A stretch of 59,741 bases of DNA, counting the filler. It is 10 parts of 10 records of this genome, joined end to end, with 100 filler letters (N's around TTAATTAATTAA, not from the genome) between each part and the next. Parts side by side here need not be neighbours in the genome. Positions count along the whole stretch, not along the records: positions 6,144 to 11,657 come from SRR31147125_207184; positions 11,758 to 18,398 come from SRR31147125_208566; positions 18,499 to 23,652 come from SRR31147125_209368; positions 23,753 to 29,846 come from SRR31147125_209574; 6 more parts are not named here. One strand, 5' to 3'. The notes beneath the pieces are model-generated. The model was not told where the DNA came from. It did no database searches and worked only from the letters and a program-made list of their open reading frames with translations. Every line of letters starts with the position of its first letter. The first letter of the stretch is position 1. Below, piece by piece: positions 10,429-24,492 of the stretch. Made by a program: the position numbers and the translations under genes.

Positions 10429-11605
10429 TCATGGGGTTGTTGTGTTGTTGCGATGCCGTCACGGACCCGAACCGCGGTCTCTAAAAGCGGGCTGCCGAAC
10501 CATTTGGTAAATCGACTTTGACCGTCCACACGATGCATATTATCGACAATGTCTCGGGCAAAAGAAATTTTCCCCGGTTCAAACAGCAATATCACCGTTG
10601 AGCTTCCCGGTCGAAACAGACTTTTGGGTTGGCCTTTTCGCACAAACACGCCAGGGCTCAAGTCTTGGGGATCGTCGTATTGATGATCGCTGTAGCACTG
10701 CTCGATGATTCCGATCATCATGGCGGTAATTTCGACCATGGCCACGTTTCCCACCCGAGACCCTCCCGGACAATCCGTATCGAAAACGGTCACGACCCGA
10801 CCATTTTTGGAGTAGGGCGTCACTTCGCGTACCACAGCACCGGGATTACAGGCATGGTAGGCACCGTTGATTTCGTATATATCAGCGACCTTTCCGGATA
10901 CCGGGGTATGATTGTAGTGGTACTCATCCGGAGTGAGGCGGAAAATCGCAAAATCGCCTGAGTCAAACCGTTGCAGCCATTTTTCTTTTCCAAGCAGCTC
11001 TCGATATTGGAAAAACTTATCCTTGACGAACAGCGGTTCATCAGGAGAGAGGGTGCCCACGAGCACTTTTGAATCCGATGGAGAGACGACAATCCCGTTT
11101 TCTCCACACCCTTCATTATATTCGTCTTTTTTTCCACCTCTACGGTTCCCTCAAATCCGTCATCATTTTTGAGACACTTGTCTCTTATGGGAATCTTGAA
11201 GTGAAGCACCTTGTAATCCGATGGAGAGTTGGAAATCCGTTGACGCGACATCTGTTCCGGCATTGGTCGACAATTCCAGTATTGAATTTGTCGCTCAAAT
11301 ACCTGGCGGGCCGTGAAAAAACGCTTTTCAGGGATAATACACTCAGTCATGTCAATCCCGAGATCCCGGATGAACTCTTTGGCTCTTTTTTTACTCTGAT
11401 TAAAGCTGAAATCGAAATTAAAGTAGCTCAATAGTGCCGTACTTCTTCCTGAAAGAAGCATGTCAAAGCAAAATCCGGCATTTTCTTTGACGCTGGAGTA
11501 GAGAAAGTTGACCACAGGGTCTTTGAAAAGGATTTCGGTTTTGACTTCGCCGGTTTTTCTGTCGATATATTGATGCGGCATTTGATATGGGTTGGATTGT
11601 GGCAT
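10413..11605 (-). CDS. psd: Phosphatidylserine decarboxylase family protein, interrupted by a ~145-nt out-of-frame insert
   Basis: VVSPSDS, FRLTPDEYHYNHTPVSG, SKNGRVV, FRPGSSTVILLFE self-cleavage region; halves in different frames around 11105-11255. Confidence 0.8.
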
Positions 11606-11757
11606 CGAAACTTACTTTCATTCAAAGTGTTTTTATATGAAAAACCTCACGCTCATTNNNNNNNNNNNNNNNNNNNNNNNNNNNNNNNNNNNNNNNNNNN
11701 NTTAATTAATTAANNNNNNNNNNNNNNNNNNNNNNNNNNNNNNNNNNNNNNNNNNNN

Positions 11758-11787
11758 GTCGGTGTCGCTTTGAGCGACGCCGACGGT
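11758..11787. repeat. REP-like palindrome, copy 1 (cut by contig edge)
   Basis: GTCGGTGTCGCT-TTG-AGCGACGCCGACGGT; inverted copy at 13186-13218. Confidence 0.75.
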
Positions 11788-11795
11788 CTAAGTAA

Positions 11796-13157
11796 CTAAT
11801 TTTCAACTGCCGATTTATCTGTTTCCTCAAACCACTCAAGCATCTCTGTTTTTAGGCTTTTGGCCAATTCCTCATTTTCATCAGCAATATTTTTTCTTTC
11901 GTTGGGGTCGGTTTTCAGATTATAAAGCTCCAGTTTTTCGCCATCGAAAGAAGTGAAGCATTTCCAATTCCCGGAACGAACTGCCAAAACCGGACTTTTA
12001 TCCAAGGAATCTTTGGGAAGACTTATTTTAGTGTTACGACGGCCATATTCCCAGAAAATTTTACGCTCATCAACCGTTTCCTTTTCTGAAAGCAATGCAT
12101 TACTGATATCATCTCCGTCCGAGGAATAATTTTTGGGTAAGGTTGCTCCACCAATCTCACAAAGTGTCGGGAATAAATCAAGTGCAGAGATTACCGATTC
12201 ACAATCGGTTTGCCCGGCTTTTATCCTCCCAGGCCAATGCACAAAAAACGGCATGTTTATTCCACCCTCATACAAAGAATTTTTACATCCTCGCAGTCCA
12301 TTGGTTCTTGAATATTCGAAAGTTGGCGCAGGGCCATTATCGCTGGTAAAAACAATTAGTGTATTTTCATCCAAACCCAATTCTTTTAAGCCATCAATCA
12401 GGTGGCCCATGTCTTTATCAAATAAATTGATAACAAATTTTAGTTTTGGCAAATCATTTCGGGTCTTTCTCCAGTCTTGCTGTGATATTTCATCAGGAAT
12501 CCAAGGAGAGTGCACATCGTCAGGCCAAAGGTTTATGTAGCAAGGTTTATCCTTGTTTCTTTTTAGAAAGTCTAAGGTTTTTTCAACGAAATAAGCTGTT
12601 CTGTCCCAACGTTTAATGCTATCGGTTGGAGCCCAAATCCAGTTCGATGAAGTTAAAAGTGGATCGGGATTGGGGCTTTCCCAGGTTGAGCATAACTCAT
12701 CAAAACCATATTCTGTAATCGATGGAGCTTCCTTAACATCGCGACCGCCGCCCATGTGCCATTTGCCAAAGTGCGCGGTGGTATATCCCGCTGTTTTTAA
12801 TGTTCTTGCCAACGATGGAGCATTGGCTTTTAAATAATCCTGCTGGTCGCAAAGTTTATTATGCTTTTTACTACTTAAGAACGTATTGATGTTCCACCGT
12901 TGCTGATACATTCCTGTGGTAACTGCAACGCGTGATGGAGAACAAACAGGCGCATTTGTGTAGTATTGGGTGAAAATTTTTCCCTTGGCTGCCATGCGGT
13001 CGAGATTAGGAGTTGGGCGTACTTCACCGCTTGTGAATGATGCATCGCCAAGGCCCATATCATCAACATAAATTAGAATAATGTTTGGTTGTTTCGTTTT
13101 TGGTTGGCATGAAAACAATCCAATAACAGAAAGTGCAAGAATTAGTTTTCGAATCAT
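11796..13157 (-). CDS. Sulfatase (S1, Cys-type), lipoprotein
   Basis: Lipobox LFSC; PNIILIYVDD, CSPSR, GKWH, SDNG. Confidence 0.93.
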   Translation of the reverse strand: MIRKLILALSVIGLFSCQPKTKQPNIILIYVDDMGLGDASFTSGEVRPTPNLDRMAAKGKIFTQYYTNAPVCSPSRVAVTTGMYQQRWNINTFLSSKKHNKLCDQQDYLKANAPSLARTLKTAGYTTAHFGKWHMGGGRDVKEAPSITEYGFDELCSTWESPNPDPLLTSSNWIWAPTDSIKRWDRTAYFVEKTLDFLKRNKDKPCYINLWPDDVHSPWIPDEISQQDWRKTRNDLPKLKFVINLFDKDMGHLIDGLKELGLDENTLIVFTSDNGPAPTFEYSRTNGLRGCKNSLYEGGINMPFFVHWPGRIKAGQTDCESVISALDLFPTLCEIGGATLPKNYSSDGDDISNALLSEKETVDERKIFWEYGRRNTKISLPKDSLDKSPVLAVRSGNWKCFTSFDGEKLELYNLKTDPNERKNIADENEELAKSLKTEMLEWFEETDKSAVEN

Positions 13158-13185
13158 ATTTTTTTAGTTTAGTTTTTTACTAAAA

Positions 13186-13218
13186 ACCGTCGGCGTCGCT
13201 TTAAGCGACACCGACGGT
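13186..13218. repeat. REP-like palindrome, copy 2
   Basis: ACCGTCGGCGTCGCT-TTA-AGCGACACCGACGGT between two sulfatase genes. Confidence 0.75.
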
Positions 13219-13233
13219 AAATTCAATAATTTT

Positions 13234-14757
13234 TTACGGTTGTGTTTTCGCTTTTTGATGACTGTTTAGAAGTTTTTCCAACTCAACAACTTTTTCGGGT
13301 TTTTCTTTTGCAAGGTTTTGTGTTTCGTGCGGGTCGTTATCGTAGTCGTATAATTCATATAAAACATCTTTTGTGGCATCTTTAATGTGTGTCCAACGTA
13401 CCATTCGGTATTGCGCAGTACGGATAGCTTCGCCTAAATACCCTTGTTTAATGTAGGCGTGGTAAGCATGATCTTTTACCCGCTCGCTTCTGTTTTTTAG
13501 AACAGGAACCAAACTTGTACCATCAAACGGTTGTGGTACAACCGGTTTTTCTAAACCAGCAAGTTCTGCCAAGGTTGGATAAATATCAACAGTTTCGGCC
13601 AATTGTGCTGATTTAGCCCCTGATTTTATTACACCGGGCACAACAAATAGTATCGGAATGTGATTGGCCTGTTCGAAATTGGTATGTTTTGTCCAGGTGC
13701 CATGGTCGCCCAAATGCCAGCCATGGTCGCCCCACAGAACGATAATTGTATTGTCGTCAAGCTCTAGTCTCTCCAATTCATTAATAACTCTTCCCAGTTG
13801 CGCATCCATGTAACTCATACTGGCATAGTAACCATGAATTAACTTACGTTTCAGGTCTTCATCATAAAGCCCACTTTCCTGCTCAGGTATCGGTTTAAAC
13901 TGCGTTATTTCACCTTTTCGTTTAAGGGCACATTGTGGTGCATCTTTAGGCTGTTCCTCGTTAACGGGCATTGGTAATTCGGCAGGGTTGTATAAATCCC
14001 AGTATTTCTTAGGTGCACAAAATGGCAGGTGCGGACGGGCAAAGCCAACGGCCATAAAAAATGGTTGGTCAGGATTTTCACTCAGCTTTCGTAAACGGTT
14101 AATGGCATGTGATGCCACGCGACCGTCGGCGTATGCTTCATCCAAAACATCGGGGCTTTCCCATGCTGCACCACGTGGCAATTCCTTATTTTTTGGCAGG
14201 TCTTTTATGTGTTTTCTTGAATTTTGGAAGAAAGCTTCTTCTCGCGTCAACTGTCTGCCGGTACTTTCAGGCAATAAATATTCAACTACCTTTTCTTTAT
14301 GATGCGGAATGCTCCACGATGCATCGTCGTTGGTATTTCCGTGTCCGATGTGATAAACTTTCCCCATGGATTCGACATGGTAACCAGCATTCATAAAATA
14401 CTGCGGAAGCGTAACTGCATCGGGATAAACATCGCGAAATTCTTTACCAAAATGATATAGCCCGGTACTGGTAGAACGTGCGCCAAGCATTAGCGTGTAT
14501 CGCGATGCCATACAAACTGCCTGGTTACAATAGGCATGAGTAAAAGTCATCCCCTTTTCGGCCAAACGGTCGATGTTTGGACTCTGAGCCACTTCGTCGC
14601 CATAAACCCCAAGGGTAGGCTTTAAGTCGTCAACAAGTAAGAGCAAAACATTGGGGCGTTCATTCTGCGCAACTGTAATATTTACAAAAACACCAAACCC
14701 CAAAATTAAGGCTATTGCAATTCTCTTTACATTTATATTTCGTCTCATCTTAATCAA
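13234..14757 (-). CDS. Sulfatase, iduronate-2-sulfatase-like
   Basis: NVLLLLVDDL, CMASR, GKVYH, GFARPHLPF, WGDHGWHLGDHG. Confidence 0.92.
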   Translation of the reverse strand: MIKMRRNINVKRIAIALILGFGVFVNITVAQNERPNVLLLLVDDLKPTLGVYGDEVAQSPNIDRLAEKGMTFTHAYCNQAVCMASRYTLMLGARSTSTGLYHFGKEFRDVYPDAVTLPQYFMNAGYHVESMGKVYHIGHGNTNDDASWSIPHHKEKVVEYLLPESTGRQLTREEAFFQNSRKHIKDLPKNKELPRGAAWESPDVLDEAYADGRVASHAINRLRKLSENPDQPFFMAVGFARPHLPFCAPKKYWDLYNPAELPMPVNEEQPKDAPQCALKRKGEITQFKPIPEQESGLYDEDLKRKLIHGYYASMSYMDAQLGRVINELERLELDDNTIIVLWGDHGWHLGDHGTWTKHTNFEQANHIPILFVVPGVIKSGAKSAQLAETVDIYPTLAELAGLEKPVVPQPFDGTSLVPVLKNRSERVKDHAYHAYIKQGYLGEAIRTAQYRMVRWTHIKDATKDVLYELYDYDNDPHETQNLAKEKPEKVVELEKLLNSHQKAKTQP

Positions 14758-14758
14758 G

Positions 14759-16144
14759 TTATTTTTTATTTCTTAATTTTTCGATTAAAGCTTTATCGGG
14801 TTTTGGCTCTGATAATGAATAGGGTGTTTGGAAAGCCGTTTCCTTATCGCCCTGCATAAACATCCATTCGGTAAGCTTTTGTCGTAATTCTTTAATTTCG
14901 GTTTGAAAGCGTTGGTCGTTAATCAGGTTGTTCTGCTCATCGGGGTCGTTCTGTAAATCATAAAACTCCTCCGCAGACCTTTTGTAATATTTTGAAATAA
15001 TTCCGGCTGCTTCTTTATCTAATTGGGCTGCTTCATCCCATGAATTCCAATACGCCCCTGCTCCATCTTTTCTGAGCAAATCGGAATGATTGGTATGGTA
15101 ACAATCAGGCAATAAATTGCGGATGTATTTGAAACGATCTGTACGAATACTTCTTATGGGATAAACATTAAAAATACCATCGCCACTGTGGGTTGTATAA
15201 ATCACATCCCTAAATTCATCAATTTCACCGCTTAATACCTTTGCAAACGATTTCCCATCTACATTTTCAGGAATACCGGAGTTGGTTAAATCCAATAAAG
15301 TAGGTAAAACATCTATCCAGCTAACCATTGCTGAGGTTCTTTTATTCTCAGGAATTTTGCCTTTCCATTTTACGACTAGCGGAGTTCTAATACCGGCTTC
15401 GTATAAATTCCATTTTCCGAATGGCCATTGTCCACCGTGGTCGCTCGACATAATTGTTATGGTATTTTCACCTAAAATTCCTTTTAAGTAGTTCAGGTTC
15501 TCCCCCATTGTCTTATCAAATCCTGTAATATCGGAATAGTAACGGGTACGGTGTTCGCGGGTTTCTTTGGTGTCGATAAAATAAGTAGGCAAGTCTACTT
15601 TATCCTTGTCGTAAATATTTTCCTTTGTCCAGGCAACATGTGGACGACGGTCGCCAATCATTACACAAACTGGACTATTAACTTCTGTTTTCGAAAAGAA
15701 TTCTTTAACGTTTTTATCGAGGTTAACAGGTTGTTTATGATAAAAATCGAAACCACATTCATTGTTCATTTTGCCGTGTGCCACCTTTCCGAAGGCATAT
15801 ACTTTGTAGCCATTTTGCTGGAGTTGTTTAGTAAGCACTTCAATGCCGGATTTCGGATAAGTATGGTTTTCTTCTGCCCCGTTTCGTGCAGGCATTAACC
15901 CGGTTAGCAAGGCTGCACGACTAGGCGCACAAGCCGGCGATGCAATAAAAGCATTGTCGAACACCATTCCCTCGTTTGCCAATTCATCGAGATTAGGTGT
16001 TTTAACCACTTTAGCACCGTTAAATCCTACGTCTTTCCAGCCCAGGTCGTCGGCCAGGTAGACAATAATATTAGGCTTCTTATTTTCTTGTGCAATTCCG
16101 AAAATAAATGCGAATCCAAATATGAAAAGAAATACTACTTTCAT
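14759..16144 (-). CDS. Sulfatase, N-sulfoglucosamine sulfohydrolase-like
   Basis: PNIIVYLADD, CAPSR, GKVAH, SDHG. Confidence 0.9.
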   Translation of the reverse strand: MKVVFLFIFGFAFIFGIAQENKKPNIIVYLADDLGWKDVGFNGAKVVKTPNLDELANEGMVFDNAFIASPACAPSRAALLTGLMPARNGAEENHTYPKSGIEVLTKQLQQNGYKVYAFGKVAHGKMNNECGFDFYHKQPVNLDKNVKEFFSKTEVNSPVCVMIGDRRPHVAWTKENIYDKDKVDLPTYFIDTKETREHRTRYYSDITGFDKTMGENLNYLKGILGENTITIMSSDHGGQWPFGKWNLYEAGIRTPLVVKWKGKIPENKRTSAMVSWIDVLPTLLDLTNSGIPENVDGKSFAKVLSGEIDEFRDVIYTTHSGDGIFNVYPIRSIRTDRFKYIRNLLPDCYHTNHSDLLRKDGAGAYWNSWDEAAQLDKEAAGIISKYYKRSAEEFYDLQNDPDEQNNLINDQRFQTEIKELRQKLTEWMFMQGDKETAFQTPYSLSEPKPDKALIEKLRNKK

Positions 16145-16156
16145 GCTATTTCGCTT

Positions 16157-18398
16157 TTAAAATTGTTGTGCCTCGTCAGGCCCCGGAGTTGCATAAGCCG
16201 AATCTTTTGCACGAATAATTAATTCACCCTTGTCATCGGTATATATATCTAACGGCACAATGGTTGTTCCTCGTTGATTAATTGATGATGCTGTAAACAT
16301 CAGGTTTTTCTCTTCAATACCTTCGGCTTCAAAAGGTGGCACATTCGCATTGAAAAAAGCTGTACACCACCAATTGCCATCTTTGGTTTTAAAAGGAGTA
16401 CCGTGCCCAAGAAAGCGACCAACAAATTTGCGTTTGCTGTACGGACCGGTAATTTTATCGGCAACTGCGTAGTACAAATTATACGTTCCCCGGCGACCGA
16501 TTCCGGTTGACCAACCTGTTCCAAACAACACATATTTTCCATCAATTTTCATAATCAGGCAACCTTCGTGTCCCATTTTCTTCATATCGCCGCTGGGACC
16601 TATTTTTACAGGATCTTCAGCAAAATCAGAGAAATCAGGTTTTAATTTTGCAATTTGAGTAGCTCCCCAAACCATCCACCAACTGCCATCATCATCTTTA
16701 AACAACGATGGGTCATGACGATGACCAATCTTTTCACCCATCGGATTTGTCCAGGGGCCAACAGGCTCTACTCCACTTGAAAGCGACAGGTTTGACGCAC
16801 GAACCGGAGTTGGACTGGTATGCGTTAAAGCCCAGCGATCGCCTACCCAATGGAGTTCCGGTGCCCATAATCGCCATTGGAATTTATCTTCTCCTTCAAA
16901 TTTTTCAGGTTTTATATCGTCCCAAATTCCATCCTTTAAATCGTACGGGGCTTCAATTTCCTCCCAGTCAATTAAATCTTTACTTTTCCAAACTTTTGCT
17001 TTCCATCCAACACACGAAATGTCGTTTAATCCAATATTATAAGGGTCGGTTTTTATTAGTTCTGCTTCGTTTAAAGGTGTTGTTCCGGTTAAATAGAAGT
17101 CGTCATCAGGGCCAATATTTATAAAAGGGTCGCGTATCCAACCTGTTTTTATGAACAAAGCTTTATCGTGCGATTTTAATCCGGCTTCAATGGTTTTGCG
17201 GCTATCAGCTTCAGCCACTCCGGGTACTTTTGATAGCGTGGTATACGGAACGGCGGTTATCCGTTTTATTAATTTGGTTTCTTTTACGTCATAAGGCGTT
17301 CCATCTTCTCTAAATACGTCGTGAAACCACGGTTCTGGCTCTGCCGTAAATTTCTTTTTCCACGATTCCCAAGGATAAATAGTTTGCGATTTGCCACTAA
17401 ATAATCCCCAATTGTAGGCAGCAACACGGTTTTTATGAAAAATGGGCAAAATCCCCTCAAAAGTAGAACCGGCAGAGCGCGCCATGTATTCGGTACACAT
17501 TAATGGGCGATTGTATTTTTTTAATCCCTCTACCATTTTTTCAGTTTCTTCCGGTCCCTGATAACTGTGAAAGGAAATAATATCAGAATTTTCGAGGCTG
17601 AACATTTCAATGGCATCGGGCTCTTCAAACCAAGTTGGTTTTCCCCAAACACCAACAGTTAATGGTTGCGATGGATTAATTTCGCGTGCCCACTTAAAAG
17701 CTTTTTCAAGCAATTCCAGTGCCCTCTCTAACTTCTCATCTTTTGGCAAATCTGGTTCTTTACTGCCGCCACCAAAATTACCGCCGTTCGCATTGTCGGG
17801 TTCGTTAAAAATGTCCCAAATCAGTACCCGTTCGTCATCTTTATATCTGTAAAGTACAGCCTGAACATATTCTTTTAGTTCATCTTGTTTTTCAGAATCA
17901 CCAAGAATTTCACGCCCGGGCGATTGCACCCAACCAGAGTTATGCACATGCGGAACAGGTTCAGATTGTTTCCCCGTTTTGGGGTAAGGATTCCACACAC
18001 CATCGAAAAACACAAACATTGGTTTAATTCCGTGTTTATCGGCTATTTCCAGAAATTTATCAACTCTCGAAAAGAATCCCTCAGAGTCTTGTTTCCAGGC
18101 CAAATCGTGCAGAAAAACCCGCATGGTATTCATGCCTATTTCAGACGCACAACGAAGTTCAAAATCAATCCGACTGGGAGCGAAAGTATCTTCCTGCCAC
18201 ATTTCAAGCTGGTTAATTGCCGAAGCCGGCACATAATTTCCACCTGCAAGAAATGGGTATTGGTCGTACCAATCGTTGGCCTGTTCTGCTGTCCATTGGA
18301 TATTAAAATTCTGACCGCCGGATGTTGGATTTTTAATGCTATTTTTTTGATTCTGATTTGTACAGCTTGCAAAAAAAATTACAGCAAGAAATAAAAAA
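16157..18398 (-). CDS. Two-domain lipoprotein glycoside hydrolase (GH5-like plus GH43), start just beyond contig edge
   Basis: Frame open to the edge with lipobox FFASC; GH5 motifs NTMRVFLH, WDIFNEP, CTEYMAR; GH43 motifs IRDP, WAPE, HDPSLF, EG. Confidence 0.85.
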
Positions 18399-18498
18399 NN
18401 NNNNNNNNNNNNNNNNNNNNNNNNNNNNNNNNNNNNNNNNNNTTAATTAATTAANNNNNNNNNNNNNNNNNNNNNNNNNNNNNNNNNNNNNNNNNNNN

Positions 18499-20449
18499 GG
18501 AGCGGAAGCTGTACGCCGGGCAAAGGAGCAGTGTGAAGCATCCTTGTCAAAGGACTGGGAAGAAGAGAAGGAGGGTTTGATGGCACGATGCAAAGAGGCT
18601 GAGGGAAGGTGTACGAGACTCGAGGAGAAGGAGGAACACGCACAACAAGACCTTGATAAGTTGCGTACGGAACGCGATAACATGGCACGCCTGGTTTCCA
18701 AAGAAAGGACAACGATCGCAGAAGACAAAGAACGCCACGCGAGAGATCGCACTGCTGAAGAAGGAAATGATCGGCAGGGACATGGCAAGGGAGGAGGCTC
18801 TCTACCTGGCCGAATGCAATGTCAATGCACTCGAGCGTAAGGTTCTGCTCTTCACACGCGAAAAGGACGATGCGTTGCGATCACAAGAGCAGGCGTTTCA
18901 CACAACACTTGCCCACGAACGCACGGAGTGGAAAGCGCGCATGCAAGAAGCCGAATGCCGCTGCCATGAAGCAGAAGACCGCGTGTGCAGTTTGCAATCT
19001 AATGTGGCGCATGCTACAGCCCTGGCGAAAGAGCACGATGCAGTTCTCGCCCAACTTACAGAGGAACGGAAGAAAGGAGAAGTCCTTCAAGCTGAACTGA
19101 GTCGCCTGCGATGCGTCATTGAGCTGCACGACGTAACAGCTCGACCCTGGCGCAAGTTCGACGTGAGCATAGAGGAGGGCATCTATCTCGCCGAGGCCAT
19201 GGTCGAGGCCCTTGAACGCCAAAATACGTACTTGCAGCGAGAACTCGAAGATGCAAGGGCTACAGGTGGATCCAGTGGGAGACTTCAGGAGAAGGAGGCA
19301 GAGTGTGATTTGCTTCTGTCGAAACTTCAGGCGGTCGAGAGGCGGGCTGGGGAGCGTATTCATGCCCTGGAACAGCAAATTAGTTGCTTGCACAAAGAAA
19401 CGGATGGGACCAGCACGAAACTGCACCTGGAACAAGAGGAGAAGGTTCGCATACGTGACAGGTTGACTTCTGCCCTTGAGGAGGTTGGTGTGCTTCGTCA
19501 GAGGATTGAGAACTCCTCGGGTGATCAAGAACTCCTTACAAACGTCCTCTTGGAAAAGAAGGAATTCGAGGAGGAATTGCAGGGAACACTTTCGCGATTA
19601 CAAGAAGAGCGTAATCGTTCCGAGGCCATGTTAGGAGAACTCAATGTTCTCCGTGCACGCCTTGTCAGGCCCTCCGCTGGCCTGGAGGAGCTGCGTCGTG
19701 AAATGGAAGCCACGAATACAAGATTACTTGGAGAAATTGAGACACGAACCGAAGAGCTTACTCGGACCCTGTTGGAGAAGGAGGAAATACGGGAGGAAGC
19801 TCAACGAAGCTGCAAACTTCTGTCGGAGGAGGTTGACCGACTCCGTACGGAACGAATCCAACTTGTGAGGAATGTGGAACGATTGTCCGAGGAATCCGAG
19901 GCGGCGACTGCGATGCAAAAGGAGAACAAGTTGCTTGCGGCCAATTTGTTTGCAAGTGAAGAAGAGCGGAGGCGTCTAAGAGAAAAGGTCACAGTTCTGG
20001 ACGCGACCCAATCAAAGCTGGAAAGGGCCACACGGGAGTGTGCATCCCTTCACATCAATGTTAAGTCCCTCCAACAACGGCTGCAAGGCACACTTCAGCG
20101 CAACGAGGTTCTACGGCGAAGTGCTGAGGCTCATAGTACCGAAAAGGCCCAGTTCATTCAAGAAGACGAACAACTCCAGGGAACTGTTGTCACCCTCACG
20201 AAACAAGTTCAATTGTTACGAGAGGAGAATGGACGTTACGTTTCAGAGATCCAGCACTTGCAAGGGCGCTTACAGGAAACGACAGAATCGCATGGTATGG
20301 AAGGTGGGGTGTGGGTGGGCGGGTGTGCGTAACTTTTGTTTTCAGCACACTTGGACGAGGAGCGTGACGTCCCGATATCCAAGGAAGAGGCGCCGATTTC
20401 CCATGAACCTTCGCGATCTGGTAGCCTCCTAGGCTGGTTGCTTTCATGA
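18499..20449 (+). CDS. Eukaryotic long coiled-coil protein, 5' truncated
   Basis: E/L/R/K-rich heptads; apparent frameshift near 18740; GT-AG intron 20295-20345; last exon ends GSLLGWLLS* at 20449. Confidence 0.75.
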
Positions 20450-20505
20450 TAGGAATCAAATCATGTTTATCTGCTCGAATGAGGGGTTTGCAACGAACAC
20501 CGTGC

Positions 20506-23652
<3,147 letters not shown>

Positions 23653-24109
23653 NNNNNNNNNNNNNNNNNNNNNNNNNNNNNNNNNNNNNNNNNNNNTTAA
23701 TTAATTAANNNNNNNNNNNNNNNNNNNNNNNNNNNNNNNNNNNNNNNNNNNNCGGATTTGAGAACTTATGACTGAAGAGATTTCTTCAAATACGCCTCTT
23801 TTTTTGCAACTCTCCAAAACTACTTCTTAGTACCAAAGATTATAAAAAATGCCAAAATACTTCTTGACAGAATTAAGTAAGGTATATAGATATATAAAAT
23901 ATGGGTAATATAATTCTGTATGCAGAACAAATTAGCTATCTTGCACAATAAATGTCCCCTTCCTGCCTCAAGGTGTTGCCGTCTCAGGCATCCATCGAAA
24001 ACCCCATCGATTGTCTTCCCAGCAAAAACGGCAAACAGGTCAAAGTCATTTTCGACACATTGGGGATGAATGAAACAGAGAAATCGCTTTTGCTCTGGCA
24101 ACTCCGGAA

Positions 24110-24415
24110 ACATCACTCTCCCTTGGTGAGGCCCAAAAGATGATCCGGAATATTCGATCTTTTCCTATGCTGGAGGGCGTGCATGGAGAAAAAGGGGTAT
24201 GTGTCGATACCCAGGCCGAATATCTGGTTCGACTGGCCAAACTAGTGACCGATTTTCCGCAAATCAACGAGTTGGATCTCAATCCCGTAAAAGGGGAGGG
24301 GGATGTCCTTTATGTGGTGGATGCGCGTATTTTGACGGAAAAAAAAGAAACTCACCTCGCGGAAAATACCATTGGAATTGACATCGACCAATCACCATCT
24401 AAAATTACATGTTAA
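24110..24415 (+). pseudogene. C-terminal remnant of an ADP-forming acyl-CoA synthetase
   Basis: EAQKMIRNIRSFPMLEGVHG...LVTDFPQINELDLNPV...VVDARI; no recognisable upstream part of the gene. Confidence 0.7.
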
Positions 24416-24492
24416 ATCTTCAACTTTCAAAGGTAATTGAAGCAACACCTTCGTATACAATCACAAAAATAAGCTTTTTAAGGAGCAATGCC

